Origin: Octopus sinensis
Taxonomy: Eukaryota
Reading direction: 5' to 3'
Assembly: GCF_006345805.1 (NCBI RefSeq)
Contig: NC_043015.1
Span: 25,234,001 to 25,298,000 of the forward strand
DNA length: 64,000 nt
Shown: in pieces, positions 39,986-53,050 of the stretch
How the letters are laid out: each line of letters opens with the position of its first letter
How positions within the stretch are numbered: position 1 is the first letter of the stretch
Notes under the pieces: model-generated
What the model was told of the DNA's origin: nothing
Database searches by the model: none
Seen by the model: the letters and a program-made list of their open reading frames with translations, nothing else
Translations under genes and position numbers: made by a program

Positions 39986-41279
39986 GTACCTACATGATAA
40001 TTATCCTTCCATTAGAGACAACTATGTATGCCATTATGTCATTACTCTATGATTAACTCCCTTTATTTTAACTAACACTTTGCTACAACGACATTTATAT
40101 GATGCTTTTAGAAATGTCTTTTTAATAATTGAATTCTCATATTTGTAATTCAATCTTTTTCTAAATTTGTGCTAATTCTGATGTCATTGGTATTACTGTT
40201 AGAGGGTGGTGTTTATCATGATGATGACTTTTTTTTAATAGTCTTATGTCAACACTGATTGACAAGACTTATGACTGAAGTCGTTTTTAGAGATGATCAC
40301 CTTGTATTTTTTCCAGACAACATGTATTTATGACAACAAATAAGTTGTAAGATGCTTTGGTATAATTTGAAGGAGATTGAGAAGACTTATGATCAAAGTG
40401 TTTTTAAATGTGATCACATCATCTCATTTCCAGTCAGTGTTTATCTATGACGACAGATGAATTGTAAGATGTCAGATAATGATCTGAAAGAGATTCGGCT
40501 GCTTGATCAGGTCAGGTCAAGTCAGTTCAGGTCAAGTGAATGTTTAACGGTTCATTTGCTGCATTTGTGAATAAAATTTAATAGAAAGTATGCATGAAAA
40601 GAACTGAAATAAAATTAATTGAAAAGAAATGAGAGTTGTTTGAGATTGCATGAGAAGAGATTAAAGAACACCAGAGAGAGGAAATGAAAGAGAAGAGATG
40701 AGGGAGAGAGAGTGAGCACAAATGAGAGAGAGAGGAGAGAGAGAGAAATGCAGTGAAATAGAGTGTTATGTATATTAATGCAGGTTGAAAGAGATAAATG
40801 AATAGAATGACAGTGATATATCGAAAGAGAGGTATTAAAGAAAGATAATGATAAGATGGGAAAATAGAAAAAATGCAATGAAAGAGAAAGAAAGCAAAGA
40901 GAAAAGACAGAGAGAGATAAAATGATTGAAGAAGAAAGAGGCACAGTTAAACAGTAAAAGAAAATTAGAGAGAGAAAGAGAGGAAAATAGAGATAATGAG
41001 AGACAGAAAAAGAGAGAATGTAAATAAAAGTGATTTTTCAAGCAAAAGACAAGATAGTGACTTATCAAGAAATTTGTGATGCCCTGGTGTTTTGTCTGCT
41101 ACCATGGAAAGAGATAGCAAAAATGTCATATTGTGTCTACAAATCGATATTAACTCTGTCTTCTCTTTGTTATTGGCACAGTTTGTGTTTTATAATACAA
41201 TATTTCTCATTTACATATAAATTGAAATGTTCAATCTAGTTTTAAGTACCAATGTAACAGAAGGTACAATATATACATA

Positions 41280-41321
<42 letters not shown>

Positions 41322-41576
41322 TATATACATGTGTATGTACATACATATACACTTTCATATCTACATGTCTGTGTGTACATGTGTCCAAGTGCATATGTGC
41401 TTGTAAAAATGGTTAGATGGTGAATAAATCTCCAGAGTGATCCATTCATACACACATATACATCAATACACATATACCCGCCAACATACATACACAAATG
41501 TATGCATATATGTATCATGCTATGGATTTACTAAAAACAGATTAGCATCTCTCTCTCTCCCTCTCCCCATAATATA

Positions 41577-42375
41577 ACATCATCATCATCATCGTTTAAC
41601 ATCCGCTTTCCATGCTAGCATGGGTTGGATGAATGACTGAGGGCTGGCGAACCAGATGGCTGCACCAGGCTTCAATCTTGATCTGGCAGAGTTTCTATAG
41701 CTGGATGCCCTTCCTAACGCCAACCACTCTGAGATTGTAGTGGGTGCTTTTACGTGCCACAGGCATGGGTCCAGTCAGGGCCAGTCAATTATATCATCAT
41801 CATTTAACGTCCGCTTTCCATGCTAGCATAGGTTGGATGGTTCAACTGGAGTCTGGGGAGCCCGAAAGCTGCACCAGTCCAGTCAGATCTGGCAGTGTTT
41901 CTACAGCTGGATGCCCTTCCTAACACCAACCACTCCGAGAGTGTAGTGGGCGATTTTATGTGCCACCGACACAGGTGCCAGACGAGGCTGGCAAACGGCC
42001 ACGCTCGGATGGTGTTTTTTATGTGCCACCGACACAGGTGCCAGACGAGGCTGGCAGACGGCCACGCTCGATGGTGTTTTTATGTGCCACCGACACAGGT
42101 GCCAGATGAGGCTGGCAAACGGCCACGATCGGATGGTGTTTGTTACGTGCCCACAGCACGGAGGCCAGTCGATGCGGTACTGGCTACGGCCACGTTCGGA
42201 TGGTTTTCTTGTGTGCCACGTGCCCCCGGCACTGGTACCACAAAGATACAAATTCCATTGATGTTCATCTATTTTGATTTGTTTTGATTTGATTTGATTT
42301 TGATTTTCACTTCCCTCAACAGGTCTTCACAAGTGTCACAAGAAGGAAGGTATGCACAGGTGGACTGACTACGTC
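41577..42375 (-). mobile_element. Two RTE 3'-UTR-type elements; the second contains 61-63-bp tandem repeats
   Basis: Both end in catcatc...tttaac.tccgctttccatgctagcat; repeat starts at 41958, 42021, 42082 and 42145. Confidence 0.75.
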
Positions 42376-42397
42376 CTGATGTATATATTAATATGTA

Positions 42398-42470
<73 letters not shown>

Positions 42471-42490
42471 TATATGTATGTATATATTAA

Positions 42491-42898
42491 TACTCTTACT
42501 CTTTACTCTTTTACTTGTTTCAGTCATTTGACTGCGGCCATGCTGGAGCACCGCCTTTAGTCGAGCAACTCGATCCCGGGACTTATTCTTTTGTAAGCCT
42601 AGTATTTATTCTATCAGTCTCTTTTTTGCCGAACCGCTAAGTGACAGGGATGTAAACACACCAGCATTGGTTGTCAAGCAATGCTAGGGGAACAAACACA
42701 GACACACAAACACACACACACATATATATATATACGACAGGCTTCTTTCAGTTTCCGTCTACCAAATCCACTCACAAGGCATTGGTCAGCCCGGGGCTAT
42801 AGCAGAAGACACTTGCCCAAGATGCCACGCAGTGGGACTGAACCTGGAACCATGTGGTTGGTTAGCAAGCTACTTACCACACAGCCACTCCTGCGCCT
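42491..42898 (-). mobile_element. tRNA-derived SINE family 1, young full-length copy
   Basis: CpG-rich; intact head (ggagtggctgtgtggtaagtagc...ggttcagtccc) and tail. Confidence 0.9.
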
Positions 42899-42901
42899 GG
42901 A

Positions 42902-44190
42902 TTTTTTTTTTCTAGTTTCAGCTCAGAGCTGCAGCCATGCTGATGCACCTCCGTTTTGTGCTACACTGTTATTACAACGAACCTCGTCTAATATGTGGCA
43001 CTTAGTGAAGAATGGAGTTTGATATAGCTACTCTCATTTGCACCTCTTGTCATGAGGTAGGTTCATCTGGGATTCTTGACAGGAAGATGTCCAGCTTTGA
43101 TTTAAAAACCACTACACCTACTTTGTGCAAGTTCCTCAGACTCTTTGGGAGAATATTAAAAAGCTGTGGGCCCTTGAAACCCAGGCTGTTGCAGAAGCTG
43201 GTCCTGAAGCGTGATGGCATTGCTGGGATCTTTGGCACTATGCAGTGTCGTCCCGTTCTAGCATTGGTGAAGCTTACAATGCCAAAATTTGGCACAATTC
43301 CTTCCAGGATCTTCCAGACATATATTACTGCATACCTCTCCCGTCTTCTCTCCAGAGAGTAGAGTCTTAGCTGTTTCAACCTTTCCCAGTAGCTGAGCTG
43401 TTGCAAAGAGATGATCTTCTTTGTGAATCTTCTCTGGATTGCTTCAAGCTCCGCTGTTAATTTTACACTGGTGGGTGACCATAGCTGTGAGCAGTAATCC
43501 AGGCGACTGAGGATGAATGTCCACCAGAGGACCATCATGGTTTCCTTATTTCTGGTTCTGAATGTTCTTAGGATCCACCCAGCCAGTCGTCTGCACTTTG
43601 TCACCATCCTGGTAATGTGCACTTGGAAAGAGGTATCATCACTCACGTCGATACCCAGGTCCCTCACAGACTTAGGCTCTGGGATTGAAATTCCCTGTGA
43701 ACCGGTGTATCCTGTAAGTTTAATATTCAGTTTTGGATGCTGGTAGCGCAGGGCCTGGAATTTTTCAGCATTAAACTGCATATTATTATCCTCAGCCCAT
43801 CTGTAGATTGAGTCCAACTCCTGCTGCAGGTGTGCAACATCGCTGGGGTTCTGTATTTTCTGTGAGACTTTCGTATCAACTGCATAGCTGGCCAGAGTGG
43901 CTATCCGGGCATTTGACGGCATATCTGAGAGGGCCATTATAAAAAGCAGTGGTCCCAAGACGGTGCTCTGTGGAACACCGCTCACTATTTGTGTGTTCAT
44001 AAAGGTGGCTCCATTAACCACTACTGTCTGACTCCTATCTTTCAGGAAGTCATGCAACCACACTCCAAGTTTTCCAGCTATGCCGAAGTCACGTAGTTTG
44101 TAGCATATCATACCATGATCCACCTTGTCAAAAGCTTTTGCAAAATCAAGGTAGATTACGTCCACATTTGATTTGTTGAGTAACTGCCTT
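42902..44190 (-). mobile_element. CR1-like LINE, 5'-truncated, with open RT/C-terminal frame and 3' UTR
   Basis: ORF 43050-44279: YLDFAKAFDKVDH, GVPQSTVLGPLLF, YAVDTK (DD mutated), RLDYCSQLWSP, YWERLKQLRLYSLERRRERY, PDEP; A-tail at 42902-42911. Confidence 0.93.
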
Positions 44191-45155
44191 TGAAGATTAA
44201 CAAATAATATAGTCTTTGTGTGTGGTAAATGTGCAGGTACAATAAGCACTAAAAATATGCAGACAATGGACTCCCTCAAATACTTGGCGGAATTATCAGA
44301 AGTTGTAGATGGCTTCTATTACCTAGGAGACCAATTTAGAAGTGGGAGAAGAAGTTCTGAAAGTGTAGTTGATAGCATAAGAAAGAGCTGGACGAAGTTC
44401 AGAGAGCTTCTACCTTTGCTGGCAACTAAGGGATTCTCTCTCAGAGTGAAAGGCAGATTGGATGATGCCTGTGTACATACAGCTATGCTACATGGCAGTG
44501 AAACATGGGCTTTGATTACAGAGGACTTGTGAAAGCTTGTAAAAAATGAAGCTAGCATGCTATGTTGGATGGGTAATGTCAGTGTGCAAGCACAACAGAG
44601 TGTAAATGATTTAAGAGGAAAACTGGGTATAAGAGGCAAGAGAGAAGACTGCACTGGTTTGGTCATGTAATGAAGACGGTTGTGTAACGAAGTACCAAGC
44701 TCTAATTGTGAAGGGTACATGTGGAAGGGGTAAATCCAGGAAGACACAGGATGAAGTGGTTGAGAAAGGATCATTGGATGCTGGGCCTCACTGAGGAAAT
44801 GACAAGGGACCAAGAGATGTGGTAAATTGCTGTACTTGATACGACATAAAAAGCTACGTAAAATCGCTGTCTTCCACTCATTCATGCTTATCCTTTCAGG
44901 TGCCAGTGCCAATTAAAAAGTATTTGTGCTGGTGCTGTATAAAAGCAGCCATGCCAGTGGCACAAATAAAGCACCCAATACACACTCTGTTAAGTGATTA
45001 GTGTTAGGAAAGGGCATCCAACTGTAGAAACTATGCCACAACAGACAACTGGAATCTTGACAGTTCCCAGCTAGCCGGCTCCATGTCAATCCGTCTAACC
45101 CATGCCAGCATGGAAAGTGGACATTAAATGATGATGGTGATAATGATGATGATAT
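44191..45155 (+). mobile_element. RTE LINE 3' portion with 3' UTR
   Basis: FVCGKCAG...FYYLGD...KFRELLPLL..KGFSLRVKGRLDDACV..AMLHGSETW; the UTR ends in (GAT)n. Confidence 0.88.
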
Positions 45156-46329
45156 GAAGTACTGAAAGACAACCCCAAGAAGCTGAGAATAAGACAAAGG
45201 ACTGAGAACCCTTGCACCTTGCTGTTCTCAAGGCCCATACTCCACATCAGAAATGTCAAGGCCACTCCTGCTGGTGAAGAAGATTGTCCTGCAAGAGTCC
45301 TGCTACTAAGTAAAGAGCACTCAGGACAGTTCCACATAAAATTGCTCATGCAGAGCCACATAAAAGTACCCAGCACACCTTGAAAAATGGTTGGCATTTG
45401 AAAGGGCATCCAGCTGTATTAGAAACCATGACACAAGAGACTGGAGCCTGGTGCAGCTCTCCAGCTTGTTGCACTGGTCAAACTATCCAAGCCATGGCAA
45501 CAAGGACAACAGACATTAAATAATAATGATGATTATTGTGATGACAGTGATGGTGATATATTACATGCATCTATATATGCACACATGCACACACACACAC
45601 ACACACACGATAACTTTGTTATTACTGATGTCTGGAACAGAAATGAACATGAAATCTTGATGCAAGTTTTTAATTTAGCAATTTAAGTCCCTTTAAAAAG
45701 TCAAGTTTGTATTAGGGAACTGTGGATAGTTTTAGTCAGTTGATATTCTCAACAAGAAATAATAGTTTCAAATTTTGGCACAAGGCCAGCAACTTTGGGG
45801 GAGGGGAAAGATAATTTCATTGACCCCAGTACATAACTGATACTTATTTTATTGACCCTGAAAGGATAAATGGTACAGTCAGCCTCAGAGGAATTTGAAT
45901 TCAGAACATAAAGAAGGACAAAATATTGCTAAGCATTTTGTATGGTGCACTAACAACTCTGCCAGTTCACCCCCTTTCAACAAGAAATAATAATAAAATC
46001 ATCCACAGTCGTTGCAGAGTAAGAACACGAAAAGAAAACAAGAGAGGATGCCAAGGAGCAAATGAACTAAAAACTGATCTTCAAATTTCCATTGAGATAT
46101 AAATTTGATAAATTGCTTTCAACAAACAATATTCAAGCAGTAATAATACTTTCTCAAGATGTCATCAATTAGGAGTGTCCATTTTGATTTCTTAGTTCAG
46201 ATAAATCAGTCCCTTATCTTTTGTTGAATGACACACTTTCAACTACATGTGTTCTATAAACAGCAGCACAGTCTACCTTTAAAGTTCCATTTTTACTACA
46301 CAAAACCAGTTTCAAATATCATAAGCTTC

Positions 46330-46730
46330 TATATGTGGACAGGCTTTTCATTGCCTGGTGTAAATGAGTCTAGTTTCATTGTTCTTTGGATAGTCATGAG
46401 ATTAATAATATTTCTCGGTAATGTTTGGCTTTTTCTTCTTAGAAGTAGTTTCCCATGTTTTTTTTTCATTGTCTCAGTAATAATATTCTATATTTCCTCT
46501 GTATTGCTACTGTCTTTCTAGTTGTCCCAAAGTATATCAAAATTATTTTTCAAGGCTAACTGGAATTCTGAGACTTTTGGCATGAAGTCTTCCATGCAAA
46601 TTCTATGTGACTTCCTTAGTTTCTTCTTCCTTTCTTTAGGTGTATTTATTTGTATTTTGCATTTGATGTGCCTATGGTCACTTACAACGTTCACTTTGTT
46701 GATAGCTGTCTGCTTTATGACTTATTTGCA
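46330..46730 (-). mobile_element. Possible decayed RTE endonuclease-RT linker fragment
   Basis: Minus frame reads VSDHRHIKCKIQI...KERKKKLRK, resembling the post-APE region. Confidence 0.35.
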
Positions 46731-46810
46731 AATAAAATGAAGTCAATTTGCTGATGTGCTGCAGCATAGCACAAGGGAAAGAAAATTAAATTATGCATAA
46801 GCTTATCTTC

Positions 46811-46854
<44 letters not shown>

Positions 46855-47566
46855 TTTATCTTCAACTTTTTGCTGCAACTCAACTCTATACTGTTTTCTT
46901 TGTCCATCCTACTCTAATTCCCTTTTTCTCCCCTCCTTCTTCTGCCGTTTTTTATCTGTCTCACTCTCCCCCCTCTTTCTCTTTTTTTCTCTCTCATTGC
47001 TCACATGTGACCATTGTCCACCTTTCCTTTCTTCATGTAACCATCTTTCTTTTCCCGCATAAACGTTCAAAGGATAAGACGTTTTTATCTCTCTTCTATC
47101 TTTTCTCTTTTCAAAGAAAATATTTCTCCTAGTGTTCACTATTTCCCTCTCATTCTAGTCTAACAACCCTTCATGTTTGTTTTCGTTTGGTTTCCTTGAA
47201 TATCTCCACTGTCCTGCTTTTGTTCCCAACTTTGACCCTCCATAAATCCTAAATTTTATTTTAGAATTTATGGGAGTAACTGTCTTTTAAGACTCAATAT
47301 TGTCGAAGATTCAATATATTGAATGCTTGAAATGAGGAGTAGATAGACAGCCAACAACTGACGAAGGGTCATTTCTTTGTGTTTACTTGTCCTGTTTTCC
47401 ATTTTCACTCTCATTGTTTACATATTTAACTCATTTGTCTATATATTTCATGTTGTTTACCAGTTGGTGATGTCCTGTACCCATATATACATATATTATT
47501 TATCATTATCATATAATTGAACGCCATGCATCCGATTCCAAGTAAGTATACACACACACATATATA

Positions 47567-47602
<36 letters not shown>

Positions 47603-48665
47603 TATGTATATATATATGTATATTATATGTATAAAGTTTACATAAATAGATACATACATTTGCATAAATAATTACAAATATGTTTCCATGCATCCATAAA
47701 CCTATATGTTTAAATACATAAACACTCACATGCTCGCACACACACGTGCACACACACACACGCATGCATAATCTTATGACCTGATACACACACAATAAAA
47801 TTATTTCAGTTGTGTCATTAACTAAATTATAATGTAGGTACCACAGTGGAACAAGCCCCATCTTTCTCTCCCCCTCTCTCCCCTACTCCCTCCCCCTACA
47901 CCCTCTCTCATTCTAAATAATTTGAAGTATATCTAACATATATAAATATAGCCTACACTTCAAACCATGTAGAATTTAGTAGTGTTTTTGTAATATTTTG
48001 GGAGGGAGAGATGTGATATAACAATGTAATCACAACATTTCACAATATTCCAGAAATAATCAAACAATTAAGGAATTCAGAAGTTCGATTCTGAAATCAA
48101 TTTTGAGGCTAAATCCAATGAATCGTATCATATTCCTTGAATTAATGAATGTTTCGTTAATGTTTCAATACAAGATACAATTTTCCCAAATGGAATCGGC
48201 AACAATTCTCAAATAAATATTCATACGATGAGAAGAATATCACAACTTGAGAAGCAGTTTGCTATTAACAGATATTTTCATTATACTTTTCAAAACTGAT
48301 TGAATCTTTTATCATACACGCTGCACATACATGTGTGCATGTGTGTGCACATGTGGGAGAGAGAACGTGGGTATATATGTGTGCATGAAGGTGTCATCTT
48401 CATATGTATGTAAATATATGTATGTATATATATGTGTGTATGTTTGTATGCATATACATATATGCAAGCAGAAATAGAGCTAAATATATTTATGTGGAAG
48501 AATATATACATATTGATAAATATACATGTTTACAAGTGTCTGCATTCGTATATACATACAGACCCAAGCATACCTGCACACATATTTTTCAAATGGCTTT
48601 ACCTCCTTTTCAATTTACAGGTTATTTACAGCTCAATTCATTCTACATGGAAAATGAATTGATAT

Positions 48666-48718
<53 letters not shown>

Positions 48719-49689
48719 ATATGTATGTATGTATATATATATATATATATGCCAAACGAAATCAGTTCATCTCAAAATTTACAAAAATGTCTTATTTTAG
48801 CATGTACTTTATAGAAAAGTTTCCTGTCTTTGTGTATAACTTTGATTTTCCGACGTGAATGCTAATTGCTTGATTCTCACCTCGAGGGGAAACTATCGCT
48901 ATAATTTATTCTGTTTGTATTTAAGATTGGTCGTTTCCTTATTTTGCTTTGTTTTCTCAAAGATATTGAAATTAGACATCTTTGCAACTGTCAGGATAAT
49001 TTTTGCCCGTAAGCTGTTACTCTGTTTCTTCCCTAATTTCAAAAATGTTGATTAGAAATAAGTGATAACAAGAAGCCTTAATTTGGATTCTTTCCTATAT
49101 CAATAGATTTCCTTGCCAAATATTTTATACAGCAGGAAAAGTTTCCAAACTATTATATTTTTAGTTTGATAATCTTTCAGAAGGAAATATGATTCTACAT
49201 GCAATTTTCCTCTTTTATAATATAATACTTTATCATGACAGATTGCTTTTTTCTTTTGAATTATAAAACAGATTTTATACTTAGTCTGAGACATTAATAT
49301 GGTTGACCTATAAGATTTGTTGAGGCTTGTCCCTAATGTAAAGATAGCACAGTGTTGAATTTATGTGTATGTGTGTATTTATCTGCATTTATCTACTTTT
49401 GTACAAGTGTATGTATACATACACATGTATGTACATATATACATACCTATATGAGTGTGTGTGCATCCACACACATGCACATACGCATATATATATATGC
49501 ATACATACATATATACATATACATGAATATTCATACATATAAGTGTGCATATACACATATATACAGACACCCACATTTATATACATATGTATATACTTCT
49601 TTCAATGCAAGGACACTGCACATGAGAAGTGTATATAAATGTTCCCATTACAGTCATATTCCAAATGTATAAGTGAAAAATACTGTCTA

Positions 49690-50800
49690 AAATTCCTGGA
49701 GGATTTCATCTCTTCTAACCAACAGAAAGGTATTTACTATCTTTGCAATTATTACAGCAAAGGAAATCTTAATATAAACAAAAGATGCTTTCTTGCAAAT
49801 TGTCCAAGCACCAAATTTGCAACTGGGTCTACTGTTTAGCTTTGTCATAGACATATTTCGGTTCTGATCTGCATTGTTAGAACACAGGTATTTGGAAAGA
49901 ACTGTGTTGAATAAATTGGGTAATGAAAGAGTAATTTTCAATGAATGACCGGGTATCTAGGAAGGAGAAAAAGAGAAGAGCAGGTTCACCCCCAACTTTT
50001 CTTCATGAATAATCTAAAATTCTATGCCACAAATGGTCAAAACTGTTTTCAGTCTGAAAGTCTCCTTTGAATCATTAGCTGAGATCACTCCTGATTGAGA
50101 TGCAATGTTCTAGTTTGAAAGGGATCAAATTAAAATATAATCATTTTTAGCAGCAGCAATGTTTGTGTTCCTTGCATTTTTTGGTGATTAATGAGACCAA
50201 TTCTAGAAAGCAATTCACTATTGCACACACTGCATTGAAATTCTGGGTTGGAATCTTCTGGAATCTCTGCTTTTCTCCCTTTCAACAGGATCTCTTGAAT
50301 TCTGCATGTTTAATACATTTTGCCTCAAACTTCTTCCATTCATTTTCAATTATACTACACCAGTCTGTTCTGGTCCTTACTAAAGATTTCCTTTTTCTAT
50401 TCTCCAGATCCAGAATCTCTAAATAATCCTTAACCACATCTTTGAATCGCTTCTTTGGGCTTATGACTTGGCCTTTTTTTATTTGAAATCTCACCTTAAA
50501 ATCATCTCTAGGCCAACCTGACATCATCCATCCGGACAATATGGCCAGTCTAACAATATGATTAGTCTGTAGATAATCATCTCAAACCTTTCACAACTAG
50601 CTCTCCTCACTATTTTTGTTTCAAGTATCAAAGATGTCCATCTGAGACAGTTTTAATGAAACATTCATTTCATATCCACATCTCAGATCCATAAAAATAA
50701 TAAAGTTAGAACACATGATCTGCACACACTTGTTTTAGTTACCAGATGAAGACTCCGATCCTCCCACAGCTTTTACTCTAGTTTTCCAAATGTTAAAGTG
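49690..50800 (-). mobile_element. Decayed RTE (BovB-like) LINE C-terminal region
   Basis: ORF 50282-50539 reads PKKRFKDVVKDYL; upstream residual W.GH.VRMD; interrupted at its 5' side by the SINE at 50803. Confidence 0.65.
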
Positions 50801-50802
50801 GC

Positions 50803-51100
50803 AGTTCTATATCTAAGAGACGAGGAACTATGTACATTATTTACACTTGACGGATATTTTCCCTCATCTTGTTTGTTGTTAATACGTTTTGGCTGATATA
50901 CCCTCCATCCTTCATCAGGTGTATTGGGGAAATTTCAAACCTGGGTTCTCATTCCTAAGGTATTTTTCAATATTATCATTATTATTATTATTATAATTAT
51001 TATTGTTATTATTATTATTATGATTGAGGTCACTGCCTGGAATCGAACTTGGAATCTTAGGGTTAGTAGCCTGCGCTCTGAACCACTACGCCATATGCCC
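50803..51100 (-). mobile_element. tRNA-headed SINE with (AAT)n linker and decayed hammerhead-like tail
   Basis: A box TGGCGTAGTGG (51083-51093), B box GTTCGATTCC (51039-51048); tail CTGATGA-aGGATG..CAGCC-AAAA-CGTA (50883-50918). Confidence 0.7.
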
Positions 51101-51108
51101 GAAACACT

Positions 51109-51236
<128 letters not shown>

Positions 51237-51389
51237 TCGTCATACTAATATGGCATTCTTATAAAAATAAGAATAAAGCTGTCCGCTTATTAGCTCCATG
51301 AGGCCATCGCCTTAAGTTAGCTATTTGATACACAAACTGTATCCATATAACCTTCGAACAAGGGAGGTCAGTCGCTCCACACTACTTGA

Positions 51390-51445
51390 CCGACAGCTAC
51401 AGACGCGTTTCGGGGTATTGCCCCTTGTCAATGTAGCGTAGTCGG
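51390..51445 (-). ncRNA. Type I hammerhead ribozyme motif, U3-A8 variant
   Basis: Exact reverse complement of 51821-51876. Confidence 0.8.
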
Positions 51446-51820
51446 ACCAGTAGGTGTCGCTTCTGACTATCTCTGTTCGAAGGTTTTATTTACCTAGTTT
51501 CGGTGGAATACATCCACTTGTCTTCAATAATAGAAATATTAAAATTACTAAGTCTCTCTAAAAGAGAATACGGCAGCGTTCCTGGAAATTAATAGTTATC
51601 GCCATACTAATATGGCATTCTTATAAAAATAAGAATAGAGCTGTCCGCTTATTAGCTCCATGAGGCCATCGCCTTAAGTTAGCTATTTGATACACAAACT
51701 GTATCCATATAACCTTAGTAATTTTAATATTTCTATTATTGAAGACAAGTGGATGTATTCCACCGAAACTAGGTAAATAAAACCTTCGAACAGAGATAGT
51801 CAGAAGCGACACCTACTGGT

Positions 51821-51876
51821 CCGACTACGCTACATTGACAAGGGGCAATACCCCGAAACGCGTCTGTAGCTGTCGG
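51821..51876 (+). ncRNA. Type I hammerhead ribozyme motif, U3-A8 variant
   Basis: CCGAC-tac-GCTACA-TTGACAA-GGGGcaataCCCC-GAAA-CGCG-TC-TGTAGC-t-GTCGG. 6-bp stem I plus 5-bp extension; 4-bp GC stem II; palindromic stem III ACGCGT; GUC site at 51864. Confidence 0.8.
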
Positions 51877-52413
51877 TCAAGTAGTGTGGAGCGACTGACC
51901 TCCCTTGTTCGAAGGTTATATGGATACAGTTTGTGTATCAAATAGCTAACTTAAGGCGATGGCCTCATGGAGCTAATAAGCGGACAGCTTTATTCTTATT
52001 TTTATAAGAATGCCATATTAGTATGGCGATAACTATTAATTTCCAGGAACGCTGCCGTATTCTCTTTTAGAGAGACTTAGTAATTTTAATATTTATATTA
52101 TATATACATATTTATATATATATATATATATATGCACACACATATGCACTCAATATATACGTACTCACACACACAAGCATACAATATACACAAACCTTCA
52201 TGTACATCTATATACATATACACACATACATGTATACATACACAGAAACTGAAGTGATAAGTTTGCCTTGCGACTTGATTTTCAAGACATTGCATTCTTC
52301 AAGTGGCATCAGACAGAAATCACAAGACAAACGTCCAGCTTCAGTTTCTATAAGAAAAAAACCATAGCCTTTGCAGCAGACATTAAGAACTCCTTTCTCA
52401 TTTGTTCAACATT

Positions 52414-52650
52414 GGAGGCGCAATGGCCCAGTGGTCAGGGCAGCGGACTTGCGGTCGGAGGATCGCGGTTTCGATTCCCAGACCGGGCGTTGTGTGTGTT
52501 TATTGAGCGAAAACACCTAAAAGCTCCACAAGGCTCTGGCAGGGGATGGTGGTGATCCCTGCTGTACTCTTTCACCACTCTAAAGGCAGTGCTCCAGCAT
52601 GGCCGCAGTCAAATGACTGAAACAAGTACAAAAAAAAAAAAAAAAAAAAA
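52414..52650 (+). mobile_element. Chimeric SINE: young tRNA head fused to family-1 tail and A-run
   Basis: A box TGGCCCAGTGG (52424-52434), B box GGTTTCGATTCCC (52467-52479); family-1 tail 52580-52628; about 21 A. Confidence 0.75.
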
Positions 52651-52658
52651 ATTGTTCC

Positions 52659-52816
52659 AGGTGCAGGAGTGGCTGTGTGGTAAGTAGCTTGTTTACCAAC
52701 CACATGGTTCCAGGTTCAGTCCCACTGCGTGGCACCTTGGGCAAGTGTCTTCTACTATAGCCTCCTTGTGAGTGGATTTGGTAGACGGAAACTGCCCGTC
52801 ATATATATGTATATAT

Positions 52817-52851
<35 letters not shown>

Positions 52852-53050
52852 GCGTGTGTGTGTTTGTGTGTCTGTGTTTGTCCCCCTAGCATTGCTTGAC
52901 AACCAATGTCCCCGTTACTTAGCGGTTCGGCAAAAGAGCCCGATAGAATAAGTACTGGGCTTACAAAAGAATAAGTCGAGTTGCTCGAGTAAAGGCGGTG
53001 CTCCAGCATGGCCGCAGTCAAATAACTGAAACAAGTAAAAGAGTAAAAGA
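52659..53050 (+). mobile_element. tRNA-derived SINE family 1 with several small internal deletions
   Basis: Aligned by eye to 42491-42898. Confidence 0.85.

Noticed and set aside
41958-42220. CRISPR-like array
   Set aside because: Contiguous tandem units without unique spacers, in a eukaryotic retroelement context with no cas genes.
47328-47370. GAAA...CTGACGA motif as a type II hammerhead
   Set aside because: Stems I and III cannot be formed between the core segments.
51028-51100. tRNA gene (also 52414-52485)
   Set aside because: A and B boxes are present, but there is no full cloverleaf or acceptor stem and the sequence continues into SINE bodies.
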